The notes: generated by a model from the sequence alone, not told the origin. A stretch of DNA of 64,000 nucleotides from Longimicrobiales bacterium (GCA_965198065.1 CBDAON010000004.1:1408001-1472000), one strand, 5' to 3'. Counted from the first letter of the stretch, positions 18,851 through 30,273 are shown. Made by a program: numbers and translations.

Positions 18851-20137
18851 CTAGCTCCGTACACGCACCAAGTGATGGGTCTTCTTCCCGCGCCGTAAGA
18901 CGAGGAACCGCCCGAAGAACCCGTCCCGGGTCGTGACGCGCCGACGGGAGTCCGTGACCCGCTCCCCGTTCAGATAGATGCCGCCCTGCTCGATGCCCCG
19001 GCGGGCCTCTCCCCGCGACGTCGTCACGCCCACCTCCTCGAGCAGGATGGCGAGCTCGAGCCCCTCCCCCGAGAGTCGATCGGCGGCGAGCTCGCTCGAG
19101 GGGATGTCCCCGAAGATCTCCTCGATGTCCTCCGGCTCGAGTCCCGAGAGATCCCCGCCGAAGAGGGCCTCAGACGCCCCTCTCGCCCGTGAGAGGCCGT
19201 CTTCCCCGTGGACCCTCAGCGTCACGTCGGCCGCCAGCCGGGCCTGCGCCTCTCTCGCCTCGGGGCGGGCCGAGACCTCGGACTCAAGCGCTTCGATCTC
19301 GTCCCTGGGGAGGAGGGTGAAGAACCGTAGGAAGCGTCCGACGTCGGCGTCGTCTGCGTTCAGCCAGAACTGGTAGAAGCGGTAGGGCGACGTCCGGTCC
19401 GGATCGAGCCAGACGGCCCCCTTCTCGGTCTTTCCGAACTTCGTGCCGGAGGCCGCGATCACGAGCGGGAAGACGACCCCGTAAGCTCGTTCGCCGGCGA
19501 CGCGGCGAATCAGCTCGATCCCCCCCGTGATGTTCCCCCACTGGTCGCTTCCGCCCACCTGGAAGCGACACCCCACATCCCGGTACAGACGCAGGAAGTC
19601 GTAGGACTGGAGCAGGAGGTACGAGAACTCGGCGTAGTTGATCCCGGCCTCGTCTTCCTCGATCCGCCATCGGACCGACTCCTTCTTCAGCATCGCGTTG
19701 ACCGAGAAGTGCCTCCCGACATCTCGGAGGAAGTCGAGCGCGCGAAGCTCGCCGAGCCAGTCGAGGTTGTTCAACATCACCGCGGGGTTCGACACCCCCT
19801 CGAAGCCGAGGAACGCGCTGAGCTGCTCCCGGAACCGCTCCGCGTTGGCCAGGATCTCGTCCCGATCCTGGAGCGCCCGTTCCGTTCGCTTGCCGCCGGG
19901 GTCCCCAATGAGGCCGGTGCCTGCCCCCAAGAGGACGATGGGTCGGTGCCCGGCCCTCTGGAGGTGAACGAGCCCCATGACCGGGATGAGGTTTCCGATC
20001 TGGAGCGACGGGGCCGTGGGGTCGAACCCCGCGTAGACGGAGTGCACCTGGGCGGCGAGCGCCTCCTCCGCCCCCTCCGTCGCGTCGTGGAGGAGGCCCC
20101 TCCAGCGGAACTCGTCGAGGGGAGAGCGGGCGGTCAT
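18851..20137 (-). CDS. tyrS: Tyrosine-tRNA ligase
   Basis: GFDPTA.SLQIGN, EFSY.LLQ.YDF, GGSDQWGN, KFGKT, C-terminal S4 domain. Confidence 0.97.
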   Translation of the reverse strand: MTARSPLDEFRWRGLLHDATEGAEEALAAQVHSVYAGFDPTAPSLQIGNLIPVMGLVHLQRAGHRPIVLLGAGTGLIGDPGGKRTERALQDRDEILANAERFREQLSAFLGFEGVSNPAVMLNNLDWLGELRALDFLRDVGRHFSVNAMLKKESVRWRIEEDEAGINYAEFSYLLLQSYDFLRLYRDVGCRFQVGGSDQWGNITGGIELIRRVAGERAYGVVFPLVIAASGTKFGKTEKGAVWLDPDRTSPYRFYQFWLNADDADVGRFLRFFTLLPRDEIEALESEVSARPEAREAQARLAADVTLRVHGEDGLSRARGASEALFGGDLSGLEPEDIEEIFGDIPSSELAADRLSGEGLELAILLEEVGVTTSRGEARRGIEQGGIYLNGERVTDSRRRVTTRDGFFGRFLVLRRGKKTHHLVRVRS

Positions 20138-20282
20138 GGCCTCTGAGGTCGATCGGAAGGTCGCGCGACGGCACACGTCCGACGGCCACCGAACTTACGC
20201 GGACGGAGACCGGAGGAAAATCCGGGGTCCGCTTCCGGCGCTCTCTCGCTCGACCCAAAGCAGCCCAGGTTGTCTCTGCCCC

Positions 20283-21815
20283 TCAGATCCCTAGGGACTC
20301 TCGGGACCGGAGCCGGCCCCGCTCGACCTTTCCGTTCGCGTTCCGGGGCAGCGAGCCGACGACCCGGAGCTCACGAGGCCGCTTGGCCGGAGCGAGCCGA
20401 TCCCTCGCGAACGCCAGGAGCGCCGCGAGGGAGGGGGGAGACGCCGGATCCTCAGGCACGACGGCTACCGCCAGGCGTTCCCCCCACTCCGGGTCGGGAA
20501 GGCCGAACGCAGCGACCTCCCGGACGCCCGGTAGTCCCAGGACGACCGACTCCACCTCCACCGGCTCAACCGTGACACCACCCGTCACGATGCGGTCGGA
20601 GAGGCGGCCCGTGACCCAGAGCGCCCCATCCTCGTCCAGTCGGCCCACGTCGCCGGTGTGGAGCCACCCGGCCGCGTCCACACCGACGCTTCGGTCCTCG
20701 TCCCGGGAGCCCGGCTCCTCCCGGCCCGCGGAGACACCACGTGAGGGTGGGCTCGGCCTCGCCACCGTAGGGCCGCGGACGAGGATCTCGCCTCCGGCGT
20801 CGATCCGGAGCTCGACACCGGGCAGCGGCCGCCCCACGGAGCCCGGGCACCGCCGAACTTCCGCGGGCGTGGCCGTGGCGACTTGGGACGTCGCCTCGGT
20901 CAGGCCGTACGTCAGAGCCACGGGGTAGCCGAGCGAGAGCGCCCGCTCGAGGAGGGGAGCGTGGGTCTCCGCTCCCCCGACCAGCAGGCACGCGAGGGTC
21001 GGTGGGGCTCTCCGGTCCTCGCGATGAGCCAGAAGGCGCTCCAGCATGACCGGGACCAGCGAGGCGTGCGTAACCTCCCCCGACTCGAGGAGATCCGCCA
21101 CTTCGGGCGCGTGAAAGCGCTCCCACGTGACGACGGTCGATCCCACGCGGGCGCTCCGATCGAAGAGCGCGTAGCCGCTGACGTGGGCGGGAGAGAGCAC
21201 GGCGAGCCACCGGTCCCGGGCCGTTAGCCCCAGTCGAGCGATCACGGCACGGGCGGACGCCTCCAGGTTTCCGACCGATAGCGTCACGGGGACTGGCCGC
21301 CCCGAGCTCCCCGAGGTCGAGATGACGACCGCTTCGGACTCGGGATCGTGGGACGCAGCGTCGTCGGCGCCCGGCTCCCCGACGGCAGCGCCAGTCGAGA
21401 AATCGGCCGGTACGCTCTCGGACGGCACCCCGCGGGATCCTCCGTCGGCCTCGAGGGCCCGCGCATCCTCCACGGAGCCCGCCACGACGAGCGCGTTCCC
21501 GGCAGCGGCCAGCGCGGCTTCGCATTCGTGATCCGTCCACGCCGCGTTCAGGGGAACGAGGACCGCTCCGATCCGGCGGCACGCATGGACGAGGAGCGCG
21601 GCCTCCGGGCACGGCGGCAGCCGCATGGCCACCCTCGATCGGGCGCTCACCCCCGCACGGCGAAGCCCGCGCGCCACCTGGTCCGCTCTTCGATCGAGCT
21701 CGGCCCAGGTCCAACGCACGCCCCGCTCGGTGTGGGGGTCGAGTGCCGCGACCGCGAGCCCCGCCGACCAGCGGGCCGCAGCCGCTCGGAGCGGATCGGC
21801 CGACTCTCTCCTCAC
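20283..21815 (-). CDS. menE: O-succinylbenzoate-CoA ligase
   Basis: TSGSSG, YGLTE, TGD, GK adenylation motifs; men operon context. Confidence 0.85.
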   Translation of the reverse strand: MRRESADPLRAAAARWSAGLAVAALDPHTERGVRWTWAELDRRADQVARGLRRAGVSARSRVAMRLPPCPEAALLVHACRRIGAVLVPLNAAWTDHECEAALAAAGNALVVAGSVEDARALEADGGSRGVPSESVPADFSTGAAVGEPGADDAASHDPESEAVVISTSGSSGRPVPVTLSVGNLEASARAVIARLGLTARDRWLAVLSPAHVSGYALFDRSARVGSTVVTWERFHAPEVADLLESGEVTHASLVPVMLERLLAHREDRRAPPTLACLLVGGAETHAPLLERALSLGYPVALTYGLTEATSQVATATPAEVRRCPGSVGRPLPGVELRIDAGGEILVRGPTVARPSPPSRGVSAGREEPGSRDEDRSVGVDAAGWLHTGDVGRLDEDGALWVTGRLSDRIVTGGVTVEPVEVESVVLGLPGVREVAAFGLPDPEWGERLAVAVVPEDPASPPSLAALLAFARDRLAPAKRPRELRVVGSLPRNANGKVERGRLRSRESLGI

Positions 21816-21879
21816 CTTGTCCTCGACTCTGTTCCTGCGAACTGCACGTCAGGGGTGCGCCGGTCCCGCCGTACGGTCC

Positions 21880-22833
21880 TCACCCGAGGAGAAACCCCAC
21901 GGACAGGAGCGCCGCGTACCCGGACACCCCGCGCGCCGTGGCGGCGAGCGCCTCGTTCAGCTCGGTCGGGTGCCGGTACGTGAGCACGGGCACCGCGCCC
22001 CGGACGGCGGGCCAGAGACCGGCGATCCCGATCAGCACCCACGCGGGCCACCCCGCTACGGCCACCCCAATGACGGGCACGATCGCCGCGCCCCCGAGAA
22101 GAAGGAGATACTCGATTCGGGTTCCCCGTCGGCCTAAGCGGACGGCCAGGGTACGCTTCCCCGCCTCCTCGTCCGTGACGATGTCCCGGAGGTTGTTCAC
22201 CACCAGGATGGCGGTTGTGACGGCACCCACCCCCGCTCCGGCCAAGAGGAGGTCCAGTGGAAGCGAGCGGGCTTGGACCCAGTACGTCCCCCCCACGGCT
22301 ACGAGTCCGAAAAAGAGGAAGACGAAGAGATCTCCCAGGCCGTGGTAGCCCAAAGGGAAGGGACCGCCCGTATAGGCGATCGCGCACACCAGGGAGAGGA
22401 CGCCTACGACGAGGATGGGGAGCCCCCCCACCCAGACCAGGTAGGCGCCCACCAGGGTCGCGAGCCCCAGGACGAGCACGACGGCACGCATCACCGTTTC
22501 CGGGGGGAGCAGCCCGGCCTGAACGACCCGGGTGGGCCCGAGGCGGCCCGCGTGGTCCCCGCCCTTCACGAAGTCGAAGTAGTCGTTTGCGAGGTTCGTA
22601 GCCACCTGGATGAGGACTGCGCCGACGAGCGCCGCCGTGGCCGGCAGCACAGCCATGACCCCCCGAGTGCTCGCGATCGCGGTCGCGAGGACCACCGGCG
22701 CCACGGCCGCGGAGAGGGTGCGCGGCCGGATCGCCATGAGCCACACGGCAAGCGTGCCCGGGCTCGCGGGAAACGTCCCCGTCTCGTCGGAGTCACGCCC
22801 GTCCTCTCCCGCGGGGTGCCCGGCCGTGCTCAC
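21880..22833 (-). CDS. menA: DHNA prenyltransferase
   Basis: [19 protein letters not shown]...GKRTL; GTG start overlaps menB stop. Confidence 0.93.
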   Translation of the reverse strand: MSTAGHPAGEDGRDSDETGTFPASPGTLAVWLMAIRPRTLSAAVAPVVLATAIASTRGVMAVLPATAALVGAVLIQVATNLANDYFDFVKGGDHAGRLGPTRVVQAGLLPPETVMRAVVLVLGLATLVGAYLVWVGGLPILVVGVLSLVCAIAYTGGPFPLGYHGLGDLFVFLFFGLVAVGGTYWVQARSLPLDLLLAGAGVGAVTTAILVVNNLRDIVTDEEAGKRTLAVRLGRRGTRIEYLLLLGGAAIVPVIGVAVAGWPAWVLIGIAGLWPAVRGAVPVLTYRHPTELNEALAATARGVSGYAALLSVGFLLG

Positions 22834-23669
22834 CAGGGCAGCCAGGGGAACTTCCGGAAGTCGGGCTTCTCCTTCTTCGCGAAGGCGTCTCTCGCGACCC
22901 GAGCCTCCTCGGACATGTAAAACAGCATCGTGGCGTTTCCCGCGAGCTCCTGGATCCCGGCCTGCCCGTCCACGGCCGCGTTGAACGCGCTCTTCAGGAG
23001 CCGGATCGTGAGGGGGCTCATGTCTAGGATCTCCCGGGCCCAGCGCCACCCCTCCGCCTCGAGCTCGGCGATGGGGACGACGGCATTCACGAGCCCCATC
23101 GCGAGCGCGTCCTCGGCCGAATACTGCCGGCAGAGGTACCAGATCTCCCGGGCCTTCTTCTGGCCCACGACGCTCGCGAGGTAGGACGTCCCGAACCCCC
23201 CGTCGAAGCTACCCATCTGCGGACCCACCTGGCCGAAGATCGCGTTGTCCGCCGCGATCGTGAGGTCGCAGACGACGTGGAGCACGTGCCCTCCCCCGAT
23301 CGCGTAGCCCGCCACGAGCGCGATCACCGGCTTGGGCATGCTCCGGATGTAGCGCTGGAGCTCGAGGACGTTCAGTCGGGGGATCCCGTCCTTCCCCACG
23401 TATCCGGCGTCGCCCCGGTACCGCTGATCCCCTCCCGCCGAGAACGCGTACTTTCCGTCCTTCGCGGGCCCGTTTCCGGTGAAGAGAACGACCCCGATGG
23501 ACGTATCCTCCCCCGCGTCTCGGAACGCGTCCTGGAGTTCGCGCACCGTTTCGGGCCGGAACGCGTTCCTCACCTCGGGGCGGTTGAACGCGATGCGTGC
23601 GACCCCATCACGCTTGTGGAACGTGATGTCCTCGTACTCACCCGCTACCTGCCATTCGCTCGGCTTCAT
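22830..23669 (-). CDS. menB: DHNA-CoA synthase
   Basis: [27 protein letters not shown]. Confidence 0.97.
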   Translation of the reverse strand: MKPSEWQVAGEYEDITFHKRDGVARIAFNRPEVRNAFRPETVRELQDAFRDAGEDTSIGVVLFTGNGPAKDGKYAFSAGGDQRYRGDAGYVGKDGIPRLNVLELQRYIRSMPKPVIALVAGYAIGGGHVLHVVCDLTIAADNAIFGQVGPQMGSFDGGFGTSYLASVVGQKKAREIWYLCRQYSAEDALAMGLVNAVVPIAELEAEGWRWAREILDMSPLTIRLLKSAFNAAVDGQAGIQELAGNATMLFYMSEEARVARDAFAKKEKPDFRKFPWLPW

Positions 23670-25519
23670 CCTCTCTCACCGGTCAGAGCGTCGCCCGCCG
23701 CGGCCGCGATCTCGGCCACGACCTCCGTCCGGCGACGCCGATTCTCCTCTCGATCCGTCTGGATCTCGAGTACCACGCTCGTCTCCTCGGCGAGCGCACG
23801 CTCGAGGCTCGCGCCGAATCCTTCAGCGCTCCGTCCCTCCTTCGGTCCCGGATCGGCCGCGCGCCCGCGCGCGCGAAGGAACCGAAGCCCGTGGAGCGCG
23901 GCGAGGTGCGAAAGATCCAGCCCGTGCGGCGCCACGAAATACGGCGTGAACGCCGGCTCATGCTGGGCGATCGGAAGGAAGTGGAAGATGCCACCGCCAT
24001 CGTTGTTCACGACGACCAGCACGACCCGTACACCCGGCTCGCGGAGCGCAGTAAGCCCGTTCGCGTCGTGGAGCAGCGCGACGTCACCGACGACGGCCAC
24101 CACGCGGCGCCCCGTCCCGAGCGACGCACCCGCCGCCGCCGACACGATCCCGTCGATCCCACTCGCGCCGCGGTTCCCGATCACGAGGAGCGGCTCGTTC
24201 CGGCACGGGAGAAACGTGTCGATCTCGCGCACCGCGAGCGAGCCCGAGACGAAGAGGAGGTCCGCGGCTCCCACCCGCCGTCCCACCTCGGCCACGAGCG
24301 CACCGTCGAAGGAGTCGTCCGTCCGCCGGGCCTCCACCTCCGTCCTCACCCGCGCCTCGATCCTCTCCCAGGCCCCGAGCCAACCCGGCTCCTGCCTGGG
24401 GGGGCCTCCGAGCTCGAGGACGCGCCGGAGGCACGCCCCCGGATCGGAGCGGATCATGTGCGTGGCCACGCCGGCGTGATCCGGCCAGTCGCCGGCGGAG
24501 CCCACGACGATCTGGGAAACCCCCTCGAGCCCCGAGAGCCATTCCCCGAGCGTTGCCGACGTGGGCGCGACGCCCACCCGTATGACGAGGTCGGGTGCGA
24601 GCTCTCGCGCTGCCCGCCGGTCCCGCAGGGCGAGGTCGTAGCCTCCCACGACGATCGGGGCCGAGGGCGCATTCGAGGGCCCCGCGCCACCGCAGGGAAA
24701 GCGGGCCCCCGAGAGAGCGTCGGCGAGGAGCGGTAGCCCGAGGGCCGCGGCCGCATTTCGGAGGCCCGGCCCCGTCTCCCACGCCCTCGGGAGGATGCCC
24801 GCCACGAGCACCGCGCGCCGGGCGACTCGAAGCCGCTCCGCCATCTCGCGCGCGGCGTCCTCGGAGGGAGCGATGCTGGACCGATGGACCTGCGTCCAGG
24901 GGGCCCCGTCCGGGCGGCCGGCGGCCCCTGGCACACGGCCGTCCGCGACATCCTCCGGGAGGTCGCCCGGAACGGGCGACGGTTCGAGGGGCAGATCAAA
25001 GCCGACGTTCACGTGGACGGGCCCCGCGGGTTCTCCGAGCGCCGCCGATACGGCTCGGCAGGCAGCCGAGCGGAGGTGGCGGAGCGCCTCGTCCGAGACC
25101 TCGGCCGGCGAGACCTCCAGGAAGAGCCGCGCGTAGCCCCCGAAGATCCGGACCTGGTCGATCGTCTGGTTCGCGTCAGTCCCCCTGAGCCGCGCTGGTC
25201 GGTCCGCGGTAAGGAGCAGGAGGGGGACCTCGGAGCGCGTAGCCTCGACTGCAGCGGGGAGGAGGTTCGCGACGGCGGTTCCAGAGGTCGTCACCACGGC
25301 CGCGGGGACCCCGGTCGCCTTCCCGATCCCGAGCGCGAGGAACCCCGCGGAGCGCTCGTCCAGGAGCACGTGGGTCGCTAGGCCCGGGTGCGAGGCGGCA
25401 GCGAGGACGAGAGGAGCCGATCGGGACCCGGGCGCGATGACGACGTGCCTCACCCCCACCCGGGCCAGCTCGTCCACGAGGACGCGCCCCCAGAGCTCGT
25501 TTCGATTGCGGGCCGGCAT
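23666..25519 (-). CDS. menD: SEPHCHC synthase
   Basis: [34 protein letters not shown]. Confidence 0.96.
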   Translation of the reverse strand: MPARNRNELWGRVLVDELARVGVRHVVIAPGSRSAPLVLAAASHPGLATHVLLDERSAGFLALGIGKATGVPAAVVTTSGTAVANLLPAAVEATRSEVPLLLLTADRPARLRGTDANQTIDQVRIFGGYARLFLEVSPAEVSDEALRHLRSAACRAVSAALGEPAGPVHVNVGFDLPLEPSPVPGDLPEDVADGRVPGAAGRPDGAPWTQVHRSSIAPSEDAAREMAERLRVARRAVLVAGILPRAWETGPGLRNAAAALGLPLLADALSGARFPCGGAGPSNAPSAPIVVGGYDLALRDRRAARELAPDLVIRVGVAPTSATLGEWLSGLEGVSQIVVGSAGDWPDHAGVATHMIRSDPGACLRRVLELGGPPRQEPGWLGAWERIEARVRTEVEARRTDDSFDGALVAEVGRRVGAADLLFVSGSLAVREIDTFLPCRNEPLLVIGNRGASGIDGIVSAAAGASLGTGRRVVAVVGDVALLHDANGLTALREPGVRVVLVVVNNDGGGIFHFLPIAQHEPAFTPYFVAPHGLDLSHLAALHGLRFLRARGRAADPGPKEGRSAEGFGASLERALAEETSVVLEIQTDREENRRRRTEVVAEIAAAAGDALTGERG

Positions 25520-25550
25520 GGTGGAGCAAGGTAGTGGACTGCGACCGGCG

Positions 25551-26882
25551 TCACGACAGCGGAGCGCCCGCCCCCGTACGAAGGGCCCGAAGAGCGGGCT
25601 CGAGCTTCAACTCGATCTCGTCCCACTCTGCGTCGGGGTCCGACCCGGAGACGATCCCGGCCCCTGCGAACAGCCGCCACTCCCGGCCGGCCCCGACTGC
25701 GGACCGGAGCGCAGGGACGAAGTCCCCCTCCCCCTCCCCGTCGAACCATCCGACGGGGCCCGAATACCATCCGCGATCAAACGGCTCCTCGCCTCGGAGA
25801 ATCCGAAGGGCCTCCTCCCTCGGCCGCCCGCAGACGGCCGGCGTCGGGTGCACGGCCTCGACGAGAGACAGGATGTCCTCGCCCGGACCCGCGCCTCCCC
25901 GGATCACCGTCTCGAGGTGTTGGATCCCGGCCAGGCGGAGGACCCGTGGCTCGGGGTCCACCTCCATCCCGATCAGGCGGGGCTCGAGGACCTCCACCAT
26001 CTCGTCCACGGTCAGGTGATGCTCGGTCCGGTTCTTCTCACTCCCGAGGAGGCGCCGGGCGAGCTCTTCGTCCCGGCCCGGATCTGCGGCGCGGGGCATG
26101 GAACCCGCGACCGCGGTGGCCTCGAACTGCCCGCCCCGGAGTTGGGCAAGAATCTCGGGGGCGGCACCCACGAAGACTCGTCCAGGATGGGGCTCGAACA
26201 GGAAGACGTGTGCCCGCGCGTTGTCGGCGCGAAGCGAGCGGAGGACGGCGAGCGGGTCCACCGGATTGTCGAACCGCGCGTCCTGGATCCGCGCCAGAAC
26301 GACCTTTTGAACACGCCCGTCTTCGATCGCGGACAGGGTCCTTCGGATCGCGTCTCGCCATCGGCTCCGGTCTCCCGTCCCGGTGTCTCCACCACCCGGT
26401 CGCCCGGTCTCACCCGTGCTCTCGTCGGCGACATCCGCGACGCTTGCCGGCGGACCGCCGGCGACGGGCTCAGCCGCATGGTGTCGGACCTCGCCGTATC
26501 GGCTCGTGAGCGTGACCCTAGGAAGGATGAAGCAGGCCGGAGCAAAACCGTTCCACTCCCGCTTCGGCGTACCGACGTCGATGAACGAGAAGCCCCCGAA
26601 GAAGCGCGGGCTCTTCCACAGGGAGGGCTCCGATCGCTCGAGTCGCCCGAGCGCGCTGCGGGCCTCACGCCGGACGACGTCGAACCGCGACGCCGCACCT
26701 CCCGGAGGGACCTCGATCCGGGTCAGCTCTCCTCCCCAAGCGACCCACCGCTCCCCGCGTCCCCAGAACCCACGGGGCTCCCCGCTGAACGCATCGAGGA
26801 ACGCCACCGGGTCGCCCTCCGGGAGCCCCCGAAGGCCGGCGAGGCCGGGCGATTCCTTCGAGGCAGGGGAGGAACGGGTCAT
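25551..26882 (-). CDS. menF: Isochorismate synthase
   Basis: KVVLAR, PE, AVAGS, HPTPAVCG, FDRGWY, AGAGIV. Confidence 0.92.
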   Translation of the reverse strand: MTRSSPASKESPGLAGLRGLPEGDPVAFLDAFSGEPRGFWGRGERWVAWGGELTRIEVPPGGAASRFDVVRREARSALGRLERSEPSLWKSPRFFGGFSFIDVGTPKREWNGFAPACFILPRVTLTSRYGEVRHHAAEPVAGGPPASVADVADESTGETGRPGGGDTGTGDRSRWRDAIRRTLSAIEDGRVQKVVLARIQDARFDNPVDPLAVLRSLRADNARAHVFLFEPHPGRVFVGAAPEILAQLRGGQFEATAVAGSMPRAADPGRDEELARRLLGSEKNRTEHHLTVDEMVEVLEPRLIGMEVDPEPRVLRLAGIQHLETVIRGGAGPGEDILSLVEAVHPTPAVCGRPREEALRILRGEEPFDRGWYSGPVGWFDGEGEGDFVPALRSAVGAGREWRLFAGAGIVSGSDPDAEWDEIELKLEPALRALRTGAGAPLS

Positions 26883-26992
26883 AGCGGAGTCGGCGGAGAG
26901 TTGGGGGACCTTGGTATGACGGGCCCCGAATATAGCATTCCCCGTCGGGCGGCCACCTTCTTTCCAGGGAGCGCCCCCCCTATGCTCATCAC

Positions 26993-28645
26993 GTGCCCGA
27001 TCAGCCCCTCCTCCAGAACCTGGGCGCCATCCTCCTCGCGGGGACAGCTGTCGCCCTCCTGGCGCGGGCGCTCCGCGTCCCCACGATCGTCGCGTACATC
27101 GTGGCGGGCCTCGGGCTGGGGCCGGCGTTCGGCGTGGTGCAGGTCACGCCGACCACGGAGCTCATCTCGGAGGCCGGGATCATCCTCCTGCTTTTCCTCG
27201 TCGGCCTCGAGCTGTCCCTGGGGAAGATTCGGGAGGTCGGTCTGGTTGCCCTGGGCGCGGGCGCCCTGCAGATGCTCGGCACGGGGCTGGCGGTGGGCGC
27301 GACGGCGGCCGCGTTCGGACTCGACGGTCGGGACGCGGTCTTTCTAGGCATCGCGCTGACCTTCTCCTCCACCGTGGTCGTGGTGAAGGTCCTGGACCAG
27401 CTCCGGGAGCTGGACTCGAGACACGGCCGCGTGGCGGTGGGCGTGCTGCTGGTGCAGGACCTGGCCGTCGTGCTCGTCCTGACGTTCGTGGCCGGAATGG
27501 GGGGAGAAGAGTCCCCCGATCCGCTCGGCCTCGCGGCGAACATCGCCACGGCGTTTGCCGGGATGACGCTCCTCTTCGCGGCCGTCGCCGTGGCGGCCTG
27601 GAAGCTTCTGCCCTTCCTCCTCGGATCGATCGCGCGCTCCCAAGCTGCGCTCCTCGTCGGAAGCCTGGCGTGGTGCTTCCTGGTGGTGTCGGCCGCGGAG
27701 GGGCTCCATCTCTCCCCGGAGCTCGGGGCGTTCCTGGCGGGCGTGGCCCTCGCCCAGCTTCCATACAGCCGGGAGCTCCGGCGCAGGGTGCACCCGCTCA
27801 TGAACTTCTTCGTGGCCGTCTTCTTCGTGTCGCTCGGATCCCAGATGGAACTGGCCACCGCCGCTCGCGCCTGGCCCCTCGTCGTCGCCCTGGCCGCCGT
27901 CACGCTTCTCCTGAAGCCGCCCCTCGTCGCATGGGTCGTCCGCCGGCTTGGCGAGGCCCGCCCGGTCGCGCTCCGGACTGGACTGTACCTGGCTCAGACG
28001 TCCGAGTTCTCCTTCATCCTGGCGGGGCTCGCCCTCGCGAACGGACTCGTGGGAGAGACGGTGCTCTCGATCGTGGGAGCGGTCGGCGTTGCGACCATGG
28101 GCGCGTCCACCTTCCTGATCCCCCAGGGAGGGCGGCTCGCCGACCGTCTGGAGCGGTGGAAGGCAGATCCAGCGGTCCGTCCGGCCCCCGGTGACCGGGC
28201 GGGTTCGGCCGACCGCCCCCCCGAGGCGCGCGCCGGTCACGTGGTGATCGTCGGGATGAACTCCCTGGGACGAAGGATCGTCCAGCTCCTCTGCGAGCGG
28301 GGCGAGCCGGTCCTGGCCGTGGACACAGATCTGGAGAAGCTTCGGGGCCTCTCCTGCCCCGTGCTCCTCGGGGACGCCCAGTACCTGTCGGTTCTCGAGG
28401 AGGCGGGTCTTCGAGACGCGCAGCTCCTCGTCTCCGCGCTCCACATCGAGGAGGTGAACCGGCTTCTGGCCTATCTGGCCTCCCGGCTAGGAGTGCCCTG
28501 CGTCGTTCACGCGTCCGACCTGGCCGCCGAGCGGGAGCTCGAGACCCTGGACGTCGCTCATCTCCTGAACTCCCGTGAGGCCGGCGTCGCGCGCATGACG
28601 AGCGCGCTCTGTGAGGCCGGGATCTTGGGCGGAGGATCGAGGTGA
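26993..28645 (+). CDS. CPA2 (Kef-type) cation:proton antiporter with TrkA-N domain
   Basis: LLFLVGLE, SST..V.K, LL.QD, GAFLAG, Q.SEFS, RCK tail. Confidence 0.92.
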   Translation: MPDQPLLQNLGAILLAGTAVALLARALRVPTIVAYIVAGLGLGPAFGVVQVTPTTELISEAGIILLLFLVGLELSLGKIREVGLVALGAGALQMLGTGLAVGATAAAFGLDGRDAVFLGIALTFSSTVVVVKVLDQLRELDSRHGRVAVGVLLVQDLAVVLVLTFVAGMGGEESPDPLGLAANIATAFAGMTLLFAAVAVAAWKLLPFLLGSIARSQAALLVGSLAWCFLVVSAAEGLHLSPELGAFLAGVALAQLPYSRELRRRVHPLMNFFVAVFFVSLGSQMELATAARAWPLVVALAAVTLLLKPPLVAWVVRRLGEARPVALRTGLYLAQTSEFSFILAGLALANGLVGETVLSIVGAVGVATMGASTFLIPQGGRLADRLERWKADPAVRPAPGDRAGSADRPPEARAGHVVIVGMNSLGRRIVQLLCERGEPVLAVDTDLEKLRGLSCPVLLGDAQYLSVLEEAGLRDAQLLVSALHIEEVNRLLAYLASRLGVPCVVHASDLAAERELETLDVAHLLNSREAGVARMTSALCEAGILGGGSR

Positions 28646-28685
28646 CGAGGTCCGGCACGTACGCGGAGCACCGGGGGGCGAGCGG

Positions 28686-30248
28686 ATGATCGAGCTCACG
28701 GTCCTCCTCGCCTCCGCCGCGCTCGGGTTCGGGGCCGCCCGCTGGACGGGCCTCCCTCCCATCCCCGTCCTGATCCTGGCTGGCGTAGCGGGTTCCGCCG
28801 CCTTTCCGCTGGACGACCAGTTCCTCGGAGACGCCCTGACCCTGGGCGTCATTGGGCTCGTGTTCGTGGCCGGGATCGAGTTGAACCCGGCCAGGCTCTG
28901 GGGGCGGGGCAACGCGGCAATCCGGGTGGGGCTGGTCCAGTTCGTGGTCCTCGGCGCCCTCGGGATGCTCGCGTCGCTCCTCCTCGGGCTCGAGGCGGGA
29001 GCCTCGGCGTACGTGGCGCTCGCCCTCGCGGCGTCGTCCACCCTCGTCGTCGTGAAGATCCTCCAGGATCGGGGCCTCATGTACGAACCGGTTGGACGCC
29101 TGGTGACGGGCGTCCTCCTCTTCCAGGACCTGCTGATCATCCTCTGCATCCCGGTCGTCGCGCGCCTGGAGGAAGGCTGGGGCGCGGCGGCGGCCGGCGT
29201 CGGCGCAACGCTCGGGCTCATGGCCGTTACGGGGGCAATCCTCAGATGGGGCGCCCCCGCGCTCCTCCGTCGCTTCACGTTCGAGGAGGAGATCGTCCTC
29301 CTCCTGGGTCTCTCGACGCTCTTCGGTTTCATGGGCGCGGCCCTACTGCTCGGGCTCCCTCCGGTCTCGGGCGCGTTCCTCGCGGGGGTCTCCCTGTCCG
29401 GCTTCCCCACGTCGGCCGTCGTGCGTGGGCAGGTGAGCTCGCTGGGCGACTTCTTCCATCCGCTCTTCTTCGCCGCGCTCGGCGCAATCCTGCCGCTTCC
29501 GAGCGCGGTAGAGCTGGGACGGGCGATGGTCCTGGGGATCCTCGTCGTGGGGGTGACGCCGCCACTCGTAGCCGTTCTCGCCGAGCGCGTGGGGTTCTCG
29601 GCCCGTCCCGCCCTGGCCAGCGGCCTCCTGCTCTCCCAGACGAGCGAGTTCTCGCTCGTGGTGGCGCTCCAAGGTCTGCTCCTGGGCCAACTTGACGAGG
29701 GGGTCTTCGTAGTCGTCACGCTCGTCACGGTCGGCACGATGATCGCGACGCCCTTCCTCACCTCGGATCGGACCACCTGGGCGCTCGTGAGGATGCACCC
29801 GTTCCGGCGGGGCCCCCGCCTCCTGCCCCGCACCCCCGAGGGGCACGTCCTCCTTCTCGGGTGTGGGCAGCACGGAGAGCACCTCCTGGAGGAGCTGATC
29901 GTAACCCGGTCGGAGATCGTGGTCGTGGACGACGACCCGGCGCTCGTCGCTCGCGTCCGGAAGGCGGGCGTCACTGCCCTCCGAGGAGACATCTCGGACG
30001 TCCGGCTCCTGGAGGAAGTCGGAGCGGATCGGGCCCGCGTCGTGATCTCGACCGTGCCCCGACGTGAGGACAACGTGCCGCTTCTCCGCTTTGCCCGGGG
30101 CGTCCCGATCCTGGTCCGCGGATTCAATCTCGAGGACGGGGAATGGATCGCGGCCAGGGGCGGGCGCCCGATCCTCTACAGCGAAGCGGCCGCGGAGGAC
30201 TTCCGGGACTGGTTTGAGAACGAGTGGGTTCCGGCCCAGGAACCTTAG
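28686..30248 (+). CDS. Second CPA2 antiporter with TrkA-N domain
   Basis: SSTLVVVK, LLFQD, GAFLAG, SQTSEFS, GCGQHG. Confidence 0.9.
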   Translation: MIELTVLLASAALGFGAARWTGLPPIPVLILAGVAGSAAFPLDDQFLGDALTLGVIGLVFVAGIELNPARLWGRGNAAIRVGLVQFVVLGALGMLASLLLGLEAGASAYVALALAASSTLVVVKILQDRGLMYEPVGRLVTGVLLFQDLLIILCIPVVARLEEGWGAAAAGVGATLGLMAVTGAILRWGAPALLRRFTFEEEIVLLLGLSTLFGFMGAALLLGLPPVSGAFLAGVSLSGFPTSAVVRGQVSSLGDFFHPLFFAALGAILPLPSAVELGRAMVLGILVVGVTPPLVAVLAERVGFSARPALASGLLLSQTSEFSLVVALQGLLLGQLDEGVFVVVTLVTVGTMIATPFLTSDRTTWALVRMHPFRRGPRLLPRTPEGHVLLLGCGQHGEHLLEELIVTRSEIVVVDDDPALVARVRKAGVTALRGDISDVRLLEEVGADRARVVISTVPRREDNVPLLRFARGVPILVRGFNLEDGEWIAARGGRPILYSEAAAEDFRDWFENEWVPAQEP

Positions 30249-30273
30249 CTCGTGGCCCCGCGTACGACCCTAC

